IMG/VR virus record: IMGVR_UViG_3300023174_000036
Location: 1-64,000 of that record
Length of the DNA: 64,000 nucleotides
Strand: one strand, 5' to 3'
The notes under the pieces were generated by a model that worked only from the letters and a program-made list of their open reading frames with translations, was not told where the DNA came from and searched no databases. The position numbers and the translations under genes were made by a program. Below, piece after piece: positions 1 to 7,058 of the stretch. Each line of letters starts with the position of its first letter. The first letter of the stretch is position 1.

Positions 1-303
1 GATCAGGCCAGCCAGGACAGCCCTACTGACTTACGCATGAACTTTGACTCAGCATGGGCTCCGCCTATTGCGGCCATGGAGAAGTTTCAGGACTTGGGCT
101 TTAAGGTCAAGCTCGTCTATTGGGAATCGGGTATGTGCTTCTGCGGTGTCTTTGATGAGAATGGCGATGACTACTTTGACTACACTGATATGTCAGCAGA
201 CGAAGTGGAAGCCAACATCAACCCAGAGATTGACGAGTGTATGTGCATCGTAGAGAACCTGCGTGAATGGGAAGAAGACAACGCAGAAGAGGAGGAAGAG
301 TAA
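1..303 (+). CDS. DUF1281/YubB-like ferredoxin-fold protein, 5'-truncated by window edge
   Basis: Frame open from base 1; FDSAWAPP...YWESGMCFCG motif; acidic tail. Confidence 0.55.
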   Translation, partial: DQASQDSPTDLRMNFDSAWAPPIAAMEKFQDLGFKVKLVYWESGMCFCGVFDENGDDYFDYTDMSADEVEANINPEIDECMCIVENLREWEEDNAEEEEE

Positions 304-464
304 TGGACTTTTGGACATGGCTTGCTTCCTGCCCAGTGAAGTATGAAGTCGATAGCCTACAGGGCTTTGACGGAGTCAGTGTAGCGTTCTACCCACCCAC
401 AGAGGACGAAGAAGAGAATCAGGAAATTGAGTTGAATCACGGAATTGACAGCATCAATGAATGA
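303..464 (+). CDS. Small acidic hypothetical early protein (MDFWTWL...)
   Basis: ATG overlaps upstream TAA (TAATG). Confidence 0.6.
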   Translation: MDFWTWLASCPVKYEVDSLQGFDGVSVAFYPPTEDEEENQEIELNHGIDSINE

Positions 465-473
465 TAGTATAAT
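445..473 (+). promoter_or_regulatory. sigma70-type early promoter
   Basis: TTGACA 445-450, 17 nt, TATAAT 468-473. Confidence 0.85.
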
Positions 474-502
474 TAACACTTAATAACAACAAAGGTACAG
501 CA

Positions 503-640
503 ATGAAAACCAATCGCGAGAAGAACACGGAGTATGATGCTAAGGCGCAAGCCAGCATCCGCCCCAAAGAACCTGAATACAACTGGAAACCACTCGAAGA
601 AGTCATTCGGCAATGGGTGCTAAAGAATGAGCAGACTTGA
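503..640 (+). CDS. 45-aa hypothetical protein (MKTNREKN...), not in ORF track
   Basis: Follows promoter; AAAGG RBS; ATG 503 to TGA 640. Confidence 0.6.
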   Translation: MKTNREKNTEYDAKAQASIRPKEPEYNWKPLEEVIRQWVLKNEQT

Positions 641-890
641 ACTATTCGGTAGACCCTGGACTGTATTCGATCCTGCTAACAAGGATCACAGAAGGTATTA
701 TCACCAATTTGTCCTAACGGCCAGTTGGGGTGAGTGCCCGGTTAGGTTTGTGGTGCCAGAAGACCACGGCGATTTGGTTACTATGATTCAACGCAGTTTG
801 ATTGCTTACTATGTAAACCGTGAGTTCAAATCAAAGAAACCACCTGCTCCTTTGGTTCGCCAAAAGAGGAAGAAAACGGTTGACAACTAA
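627..890 (+). CDS. Hypothetical protein with basic C-terminus
   Basis: 87-aa ORF overlapping upstream gene end. Confidence 0.65.
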   Translation: MSRLELFGRPWTVFDPANKDHRRYYHQFVLTASWGECPVRFVVPEDHGDLVTMIQRSLIAYYVNREFKSKKPPAPLVRQKRKKTVDN

Positions 891-908
891 CCGAAATAGT
901 TGTATAAT
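880..908 (+). promoter_or_regulatory. sigma70-type early promoter
   Basis: TTGACA 880-885, 17 nt, TATAAT 903-908. Confidence 0.85.
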
Positions 909-963
909 TAGAACATGAACAAGGCGTTCATATTTTTTAACACACACAGAAGAGGTATTTAAA

Positions 964-1329
964 ATGGCTACAGATAAATTGTTTACGGTTGCAGGTATTA
1001 GTAAATTGGATGGCGAGTACAAAGTTCGCTTTGCCAATGATATCATGCGTATCAAGGTGTTGGCAAAACATGGTCACGAAGACATTCGATTGGCTGATCT
1101 CGAGAAGGCAGTTACCAAGCTCGAGGCTGCACAGATGATCTTGACTATGGAAGACTTTGCTGATGCAATTGCCCAGGCAACTATCACAGAGTATCTTGAA
1201 GACAAGACTCCTAAGGCTAAGGTCTCTAAGCCTGTTGCTACCAAAGCAACGAAGACTCCGGTAGCGAAGACTACCAAGGCACCTGCGAAAGCAGTTAAGG
1301 TTACTGAGGACGAAGACGCTCCTTTCTAA
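964..1329 (+). CDS. Hypothetical protein with Lys/Ala/Pro/Thr-rich tail (possible DNA binding)
   Basis: GAGGT RBS; tail KTPKAKVSKPVATKATKTPVAK. Confidence 0.7.
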   Translation: MATDKLFTVAGISKLDGEYKVRFANDIMRIKVLAKHGHEDIRLADLEKAVTKLEAAQMILTMEDFADAIAQATITEYLEDKTPKAKVSKPVATKATKTPVAKTTKAPAKAVKVTEDEDAPF

Positions 1330-1332
1330 GCT

Positions 1333-1524
1333 ATGTCATTCATTCAGTATGAAGTATGGGGTGTGGTGGACGGACGCGATGAACTAGTCGAGTGCGTCCC
1401 CACTCTCAAAGAAGCAGAAGAGATCCTCAAGGCTGAATTTGATTCAAACGAATTCTATACCGAAATGTTTATACTGGAAGACAGGGATGATGTATTGAAA
1501 GAAGTACGAAGACAGGCACACTAG
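1333..1524 (+). CDS. Small acidic hypothetical protein
   Basis: 63-aa ORF 3 nt after upstream stop. Confidence 0.6.
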   Translation: MSFIQYEVWGVVDGRDELVECVPTLKEAEEILKAEFDSNEFYTEMFILEDRDDVLKEVRRQAH

Positions 1525-1529
1525 TTTCA

Positions 1530-1607
1530 GGGCCCCTAGCTCATGTTGGTTAGAGCAGTGGACTCATAATCCATTGGTGCCGTGTTCGACTCACGGGGGG
1601 CCCACCA
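1530..1607 (+). tRNA. tRNA with CAT anticodon, probably Ile2 (lysidine) rather than Met
   Basis: Acceptor GGGCCCC/GGGGCCC, anticodon loop CTCATAA, T loop TTCGACT, encoded CCA; C4-G69/C5-G68 pairs typical of TilS substrates. Confidence 0.9.
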
Positions 1608-1612
1608 TACAT

Positions 1613-1689
1613 CAGCCCTTAGCTCAGTTGGATAGAGCAACAGCCTTCTAAGCTGTAGGCCACTGGTTCGAATCCAGTAGGGCTGGCCA
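1613..1689 (+). tRNA. tRNA-Arg(TCT)
   Basis: Acceptor CAGCCCT/AGGGCTG, anticodon loop CTTCTAA, GGTTCGAATCC, encoded CCA. Confidence 0.95.
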
Positions 1690-1701
1690 ATACCCTGCCA
1701 T

Positions 1702-1730
1702 TTGACAGGGTTTCTTTTTGGTTGTATAAT
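1702..1730 (+). promoter_or_regulatory. sigma70 promoter overlapping the tRNA terminator
   Basis: TTGACA 1702-1707, 17 nt, TATAAT 1725-1730; CCCTG/CAGGG stem plus T-tract 1693-1719. Confidence 0.85.
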
Positions 1731-1758
1731 TGATACATACAACACAACGGAGCCCAAT

Positions 1759-2160
1759 ATGAGCAAGATTCTAAATTTTCGTCCAGTGTGCGTGAATCAT
1801 GGTTGCAACAAGCCAGTGATGCAAAAAGGCGGCACTATTGATAATCCCACTGGCTGGCGAGTGCATTGCGGGCATTGCCAAAAGGCATCATATGGCGGGC
1901 ACGCTCATGCTGTGGGTGTTACTCCATTCAAGACAGGCCAATGCTCAAATCAACAGGGCAAATTGGGATTCTCTTGTGTGATTGATTGGGAATCAGCCAG
2001 CCAGCAAGGATTGGCCATTGCCACTGAGATTGATCACATCAACGGCGACCACATGGATAACAGACTGGTAAATCTGCAGGAACTTTGCCCAGTGTGCCAC
2101 AAAATCAAAGGCCAACGAGAAGGCAACTATGACGGATGGCGCAACTACAGAGCTGGTTGA
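1759..2160 (+). CDS. HNH endonuclease-like zinc-binding protein
   Basis: DHINGDHMDNRLVNLQELCPVCH; extra CxxC pairs; start moved to ATG 1759 after GGAG. Confidence 0.8.
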   Translation: MSKILNFRPVCVNHGCNKPVMQKGGTIDNPTGWRVHCGHCQKASYGGHAHAVGVTPFKTGQCSNQQGKLGFSCVIDWESASQQGLAIATEIDHINGDHMDNRLVNLQELCPVCHKIKGQREGNYDGWRNYRAG

Positions 2161-2185
2161 CACTCTAACCAAAAGGCAGTATAAT
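2157..2185 (+). promoter_or_regulatory. sigma70-type early promoter
   Basis: TTGACA 2157-2162, 17 nt, TATAAT 2180-2185. Confidence 0.85.
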
Positions 2186-2213
2186 TAACACATAAACACA
2201 CACAGGAGCGAAG

Positions 2214-2462
2214 ATGATAGCAGAACAAACCCGCACAGTAGTATTCCAGGGCATCACATACGATGCCACACACGGTGGTCCATTCGATAGAGGCTCAGCA
2301 GACAGCTACTACGGTCGCCCACAAGTTCCCCACAAATACCCCAACGGCACTGGCAATGCTCCACGCATTGAAGCCCCAGAGCTGACCCTAGCAGAGATGC
2401 GCGAGTACTACAGGGGCTATGAGTACAATGAGTGCTTTGGCGACAAGAAAGACTGGGGTTGA
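2214..2462 (+). CDS. Hypothetical early protein (HGGPFDRGSADSYY motif)
   Basis: Own promoter and AGGAGCGAA RBS. Confidence 0.8.
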   Translation: MIAEQTRTVVFQGITYDATHGGPFDRGSADSYYGRPQVPHKYPNGTGNAPRIEAPELTLAEMREYYRGYEYNECFGDKKDWG

Positions 2463-2487
2463 CAGCCCGCCCAAAAGGCAGTATAAT
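2459..2487 (+). promoter_or_regulatory. sigma70-type early promoter
   Basis: TTGACA 2459-2464, 17 nt, TATAAT 2482-2487. Confidence 0.85.
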
Positions 2488-2517
2488 TAACACATAAACA
2501 CACACAGGAGCGAACCT

Positions 2518-2712
2518 ATGCTAGTACACTTTATCAACACCGGACACGGTTTGGACATGGGCGTGAAAGAAGTAGAATGCCAAAGCCTCCGGTTGGACCA
2601 TTCGGATGCACCCTACGCCATCGTAAGCCACCCTTTCCAACCCAACGGATGCTGTAGAGCAGAGCGCAACTATTTCAACGGCGAACTGCAATGGGTGGTT
2701 GACTTCGATTGA
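2518..2712 (+). CDS. Hypothetical early protein
   Basis: Own promoter and AGGAGCGAA RBS. Confidence 0.75.
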   Translation: MLVHFINTGHGLDMGVKEVECQSLRLDHSDAPYAIVSHPFQPNGCCRAERNYFNGELQWVVDFD

Positions 2713-2727
2713 TTTTGGCGCTATAAT
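2699..2727 (+). promoter_or_regulatory. sigma70-type early promoter
   Basis: TTGACT 2699-2704, 17 nt, TATAAT 2722-2727. Confidence 0.8.
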
Positions 2728-2760
2728 ACACACATACACAGCAAATAAGGAGCGAACTTT

Positions 2761-3090
2761 ATGCAACTGCTAATCACTACACAAACACAAGAAAACTACG
2801 GTGCCCACGATTGGGACGGAGTTGGTGAGTGCCCACAGTATTGGAAGTTCAAAGGCGGCCAGGACTACCGGTATGATTTGGGCAAGTTCGGTCGTAGCCA
2901 AGAGGCGCTCACTGAGTTGGTGATGGCCTTGCGTGGCCAGATTGAAGAAGACAATGACTACTACCGCAACCACATCATTGGTTGGGAAGTGGTTGCAGAC
3001 GACTACCTCACTGAGTTCGAACAGAGCCAGTTGGAGTACGAAGGGCGCATTGCCTATCCCGCAACCCGTTTGGAGTTGGAGACTGCATGA
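2761..3090 (+). CDS. Hypothetical early protein (ENYGAHDWDG..ECPQYWKFKGG)
   Basis: Own promoter and AGGAGCGAA RBS. Confidence 0.8.
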   Translation: MQLLITTQTQENYGAHDWDGVGECPQYWKFKGGQDYRYDLGKFGRSQEALTELVMALRGQIEEDNDYYRNHIIGWEVVADDYLTEFEQSQLEYEGRIAYPATRLELETA

Positions 3091-3188
3091 ACGACATCTT
3101 GTATGCGTTCTATATCACTATGGAACTGTGGATCTTCTGCGGTGTCCTGTTGACAGCTTTGGTAATTGAAGCTATAATTACTACTTAA
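3087..3188 (+). CDS. 33-aa hydrophobic peptide (MNDILYAFYITMELWIFCGVLLTALVIEAIITT), not in ORF track
   Basis: ATGA overlap with upstream stop; single TM-like stretch. Confidence 0.45.
   Translation: MNDILYAFYITMELWIFCGVLLTALVIEAIITT
3150..3178 (+). promoter_or_regulatory. sigma70-type early promoter
   Basis: TTGACA 3150-3155, 17 nt, TATAAT 3173-3178. Confidence 0.85.
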
Positions 3189-3212
3189 ACAACACAATAG
3201 GGAGCGACCCAA

Positions 3213-3596
3213 ATGGCTAAAACAAATTATGACAACTTCGCGAGCTTTGACCTTAACGAAGCCTGTGATCACTTTGACTGTACTGATCAAAAGGCCTGGA
3301 AGAAGATCCGTCCTTTCATCGTAGCAGACGGTGAAGAGTACGCAGAGGTCATGGAGAAAGAGTTTGACTTTGAAGAAGTCACCGACACAGACCACATGGT
3401 GTTTGAAGCAGGCGTCAAGTATGCGCTTACCAAAATGAACATTGCACTGGACAAAGCAGGCATAGACGTGCAGGTCTGCGAGGTAGACTTGGTAGAGAGC
3501 ATGGGCTTTATGATGGTCCGTTGCGATGACGAGCCCGAGGACTTTGTAAAACGAGTGCTGAAGAAGCCCGTCATGATGGTTGACAGCTGGGTGTAA
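3213..3596 (+). CDS. Acidic hypothetical early protein
   Basis: Own promoter and GGGAGCGAC RBS. Confidence 0.8.
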   Translation: MAKTNYDNFASFDLNEACDHFDCTDQKAWKKIRPFIVADGEEYAEVMEKEFDFEEVTDTDHMVFEAGVKYALTKMNIALDKAGIDVQVCEVDLVESMGFMMVRCDDEPEDFVKRVLKKPVMMVDSWV

Positions 3597-3608
3597 TCCA
3601 GTTATAAT
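3580..3608 (+). promoter_or_regulatory. sigma70-type early promoter
   Basis: TTGACA 3580-3585, 17 nt, TATAAT 3603-3608. Confidence 0.85.
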
Positions 3609-3643
3609 ACATACTTACACAACACAACATAGGAGCGAAACTT

Positions 3644-3970
3644 ATGATTACAGCAGATCAAATTGCAGTTGGCAAACAACTAGCAGAGCAAGCGTCAGTA
3701 GACATGTACAACCAAATGGGCCGCAAGGATGCATTTGCCTGTGGCTTTGCTTGGGTAGACGTCTACGTGGATCGTACTAACAGCAAGCAGGCTAAGGAAT
3801 TGATTGCCGCAGGCTTTAAGAAGGACTACAAACCAAAATGTCTGAGCATTTGGAATCCAGGCAATTTGCCAGTCCAAAACATCGACATCAAAGAAGCGGG
3901 TGCGGATGCTATGGCCACTTACTTGAGAGGTTTGGGTTTGAATGCCTACAGCGGATCACGTTTAGACTAA
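3644..3970 (+). CDS. Hypothetical early protein (CGFAWV...SRLD)
   Basis: Own promoter and AGGAGCGAA RBS. Confidence 0.8.
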   Translation: MITADQIAVGKQLAEQASVDMYNQMGRKDAFACGFAWVDVYVDRTNSKQAKELIAAGFKKDYKPKCLSIWNPGNLPVQNIDIKEAGADAMATYLRGLGLNAYSGSRLD

Positions 3971-3979
3971 CCAAATGAC

Positions 3980-4008
3980 ATGACACGGAGTCGCCTCCGT
4001 GTTATAAT
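3980..4008 (+). promoter_or_regulatory. sigma70 promoter with palindromic spacer (possible operator)
   Basis: ATGACA-17-TATAAT; ATGACACGGAG-TCGC-CTCCGTGTTAT inverted repeat. Confidence 0.7.
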
Positions 4009-4039
4009 TAATGTATATTAACACGCGAAGGAGCGAACA

Positions 4040-4936
4040 ATGGGTAATAAAGTTGTTACTAGTAAGATGTTGATGGCCCTGCAGAGTGATGTAAAGACTT
4101 TGGAAGTGGACACTACAGCAATTAAGGCCAAAGAAGCGGCATTGAAGAACGAAACAGATGAAGACATTTTGGGTCGTTTGCGTGACCGTTTTGAGATACT
4201 GGACGACATGACTCGTGCAGTCAAAGCAGGCAAGGTACGTGCTATGATTGTAACAGGCCCTCCAGGCGTTGGCAAGAGTTATGGCGTAGAGAATGTACTT
4301 TCAAAGCATGATGTGTTTGCTAACGTAGCACAAGACGAGAAGCTGAAGAAGTACGAAGTGGTTAAAGGTGCTATGTCAGCACTGGGCTTGTACAGCAAGC
4401 TATACCATTACAAGGATGCCAAGAACATCATTGTGTTTGATGACTGTGACTCAGTATTGCTGGACGACTTGAGCTTGAACATTCTCAAGGCAGCTTTGGA
4501 TACAAGCTCCAAGCGCATGATCCATTGGAACACTGACTCACACCTATTGCGTCGTGAAGGCGTGCCAGACAGCTTTGAGTTCAAGGGCGGTGCTATCTTT
4601 ATTACCAATATCAAGTTCGATCACGTTAAGAGCAAGAAGCTCCGCGATCACTTGGAAGCATTAGAGTCACGTTGCCATTACTTGGACTTGACTATTGACA
4701 CCACACGTGAGAAGCTACTACGCATTGAGCAGGTAGTTAACGAGTGTGGCATGTTGGACAAGTATGAGTTTGAAGACTACCAAAAGAGTGAAGTGGTAGA
4801 CTTTGTTAAGGCCAACGTTGACAAGCTACGTGAGCTGAGCTTGCGTACAGTACTTAAGGTAGCTGACTTGAAGCATGGCTTCCCGGACAAGTGGCGGGCA
4901 GTAGCAGAGGTTACATGTATGCGCAACAGCCGCTAG
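4040..4936 (+). CDS. AAA+ / P-loop ATPase
   Basis: Walker A GPPGVGKS, Walker B IIVFDDCD, sensor IFITN, ALESR; AGGAGCGAA RBS. Confidence 0.85.
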   Translation: MGNKVVTSKMLMALQSDVKTLEVDTTAIKAKEAALKNETDEDILGRLRDRFEILDDMTRAVKAGKVRAMIVTGPPGVGKSYGVENVLSKHDVFANVAQDEKLKKYEVVKGAMSALGLYSKLYHYKDAKNIIVFDDCDSVLLDDLSLNILKAALDTSSKRMIHWNTDSHLLRREGVPDSFEFKGGAIFITNIKFDHVKSKKLRDHLEALESRCHYLDLTIDTTREKLLRIEQVVNECGMLDKYEFEDYQKSEVVDFVKANVDKLRELSLRTVLKVADLKHGFPDKWRAVAEVTCMRNSR

Positions 4937-4945
4937 GCTAGTGTG

Positions 4946-5114
4946 TACAGTACAGCAAGCAGCCTACAAGAGCTGTACGCTGTAGCAGTAGGACAAGCTA
5001 GTAGATTCGCTCCCGAACGCTTGCCCATAAACACTAACGCCAACAAGGCAATGGTGTTTGGATCTAGGAACTCGTAAGCCCGATTCGCTCCCGGCTAGTT
5101 CCTAGATTTTTTTT
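4946..5114 (+). ncRNA. Putative structured RNA (four hairpins; two loops with GAUUCGCUCCCG) ending in an intrinsic terminator
   Basis: Stems 4950-4978, 4991-5026, 5029-5059, 5062-5107 followed by T-tract; 12-mer repeated at 5004-5015 and 5082-5093. Confidence 0.65.
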
Positions 5115-5255
5115 GATCGGATTATCGAAAAAGAAAAGCCTCCCGGAGGTTGAGAATACGAAATATTCTGCGAGGGGGGGTCGGGGCATATACATTTACA
5201 ACTGTTGTATTTTTACAACAGCGCATGGAATTTTGGTGGGCATAGGTGCCAAATC

Positions 5256-5860
5256 ACCCCACCAAAAGCATAAGTACTTCTTTATAATTTTTTGCGCAAC
5301 GCCGCTACAGGTACACAGGACCATTTTGGGCATAAATACCACATAGAGGATCCATCATGCCAACACCCATATTACCCACCAAAACACAACTAGCTGGACT
5401 GCAATTCACACCCAAACAGCTGGTAGCAGACAAAACCGTTGAAGAGTATCTCACCATTACCAACAACTATGATTTCATACTCAAACTCATAGCCCAATAC
5501 AGAAGCGGAGCCAGAGCGTCATGGGCGGGTACTGGTGTAACTCCAGATGCATCCACTTATACTGAATTTGTTTATTTTTGTGATCTCCCCACATTGAATC
5601 TATTGATTGAGTATCTCACCAATGTAGACTATGGTTATGGCTATGTTGTGAAAGTGGCCAAAACTTCAGTTGGTTGGGAAACCAGAACCACTGCTATCTC
5701 CGTCACACCCAGTGACAGTTACATACTGCCCACTGGCAACAACGCAGGCAAATACGCACTGTTGGTATCTTGGGCTTAAAAACAACCCCACCAGAACTTC
5801 AAGTACTTCCCAAATTTTTTTTTGCGCCCACAAAAAATGGGCCCTAAAGACCCATTTTGG
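5256..5860 (+). repeat. Imperfect ~75-80 bp direct repeat at 5256-5329 and 5785-5860
   Basis: Shared blocks ACCCCACCA, AAGTACTTC, TTTTTTGCGC, CCATTTTGG in the same order and similar spacing. Confidence 0.75.
5357..5779 (+). CDS. Hypothetical protein, probably late
   Basis: CATAAATA at 5331-5338, GAGGA RBS. Confidence 0.75.
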   Translation: MPTPILPTKTQLAGLQFTPKQLVADKTVEEYLTITNNYDFILKLIAQYRSGARASWAGTGVTPDASTYTEFVYFCDLPTLNLLIEYLTNVDYGYGYVVKVAKTSVGWETRTTAISVTPSDSYILPTGNNAGKYALLVSWA

Positions 5861-5873
5861 TTGTTACTGTGCG

Positions 5874-5945
5874 TTAACGATTCATCACATACATGGTAAT
5901 TTCAAAGCCAAATCGCATTTCTTGTGCTGTTGGTTTAGTCCACAT
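5874..5945 (-). CDS. pqqA: PQQ precursor peptide PqqA (MWTKPTAQEMRFGFEITMYVMNR), not in ORF track
   Basis: 23 aa; MWTKP start, R-x-G-F-E-x-T-x-Y core with the ExxxY Glu/Tyr pair; AGGAGG RBS at 5953-5958. Confidence 0.95.
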   Translation of the reverse strand: MWTKPTAQEMRFGFEITMYVMNR

Positions 5946-6065
5946 GGTAGTTCCTCCTGGTTGATTACGGTTGTACATACTGTTCTTACACTAGTATGTA
6001 TCCGTATAGTAGCACGTATTCACCATGGAACACATAGTGAAAATCATTGATTCACCATAGTGATA

Positions 6066-6425
6066 TTATGGAGCAAAGTCACTGGCAGCTTGTGCTATAC
6101 GCCTGGCTTTAAGCTCATCTTCTTCACCAGTGTTGAGTTTCCCGCTCCATCCTGCCAAACTCAAAAACGGTACTCCCACTCTACTGGCAAAAGCACTGAG
6201 TCCATTCCAAAAGTTTGCGGCTCCATATGTGTTCACCGCATAGTTCAGCACACGCCATTGATCCACAGTCAAATAGGGTTTTAGCTGTGGGGCCGCAGTT
6301 ATAGCACCAGCGGCAACAGCACCAGTCCAATTGCCCTTGCTTATATAGTTCAGTATGGTTCGAATCAACACAGCATTTGCTGTGGCTTTTTCTGGCGCGG
6401 GCTCAGTGATTTCTTTCAGTCTCAT
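6066..6425 (-). CDS. Hypothetical late protein (MRLKEITEP...)
   Basis: Start moved to ATG 6425, 5 nt after TATAAATA (6431-6438). Confidence 0.65.
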   Translation of the reverse strand: MRLKEITEPAPEKATANAVLIRTILNYISKGNWTGAVAAGAITAAPQLKPYLTVDQWRVLNYAVNTYGAANFWNGLSAFASRVGVPFLSLAGWSGKLNTGEEDELKARRIAQAASDFAP

Positions 6426-6707
6426 ACATATATTTATAAGTATACATATGCTGATACCCATTCCGCTAGACCCCATAGCCGTAGACATCATAATAGAGCT
6501 ACTGTTGGAGTCTTTACAGTCATACGGGGCTGGGTGAGCATTAGCACTCATTTCGTGCGTTAACGCTCTGCTACTTCGTAGCTGTAAAAAATCTGCGCTT
6601 CGCGTTTGTTCTAAAATTTTGCGCTGGCGCTTCGCGATACTAAATAATCAGCGGTCCAATTAGTTTGAATCGCATAAATACACTTATAATTAAGGATATA
6701 CGATACA

Positions 6708-7025
6708 ATGAACCCGTTACCAACAACTTATACATTAGGACAGCGTACAATGAATTTTGTGGGTGCGTTGCAAAGTCTTTCTATTCACAGCAAGGAACAC
6801 CAGCACGTGGCACACCGAATTCTAGACAAGGTACATGCACCCAGATATCTTCACACGTTAACGCCAGAAGTGCTGGCCACCATGTACAGAACCATGCTGA
6901 CTGAAGCTGGACTTGATTCAGACTGTGTCACACAGTTCACTGACATTGCTGTGCAAATGAACCTGTTCCGTGATGTGGAAACACTGGATGACAATGTGAC
7001 TCCTTGGGTAGAACCACAGTCCTAA
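6708..7025 (+). CDS. Hypothetical protein
   Basis: CATAAATA 6673-6680 and AAGGA RBS. Confidence 0.65.
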   Translation: MNPLPTTYTLGQRTMNFVGALQSLSIHSKEHQHVAHRILDKVHAPRYLHTLTPEVLATMYRTMLTEAGLDSDCVTQFTDIAVQMNLFRDVETLDDNVTPWVEPQS

Positions 7026-7053
7026 AACCATGCCCGTTCCGCACGGGCATTTT
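7025..7053. terminator. Hairpin between convergent genes
   Basis: ATGCCCGT-TCCGC-ACGGGCAT followed by T residues. Confidence 0.6.
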
Positions 7054-7058
7054 CACCT

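Larger units (their letters stand above)
2169..2514 (+). repeat. 44-bp perfect direct repeat (promoter-leader-RBS unit) at 2169-2212 and 2471-2514
   Basis: CCAAAAGGCAGTATAATTAACACATAAACACACACAGGAGCGAA twice. Confidence 0.95.

Noticed and set aside
1536-1766. 76-aa minus-strand ORF
   Set aside because: Antisense to two tRNA genes
2169-2514. 44-bp repeat as a CRISPR array
   Set aside because: Only two copies ~300 bp apart, separated by a gene; the repeat is a promoter plus RBS
2204-4037. GGAGCGAA as a plain SD or host CsrA site only
   Set aside because: The conserved CGAA extension does not pair with the usual 16S tail or match the CsrA consensus, and it is mirrored by the downstream RNA loops; kept only as a secondary alternative
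5113-5346. 77-aa ORF
   Set aside because: TTG start inside the terminator T-tract, no RBS, runs through palindromes
5670-6050. 126-aa plus-strand ORF
   Set aside because: Overlaps another gene end, the repeat and pqqA on the opposite strand; no RBS; implausible composition
6448-6537. 29-aa leaderless ORF after ATAAGTA
   Set aside because: Spacing fits the leaderless pattern, but there is no other support, so it is not listed as a gene
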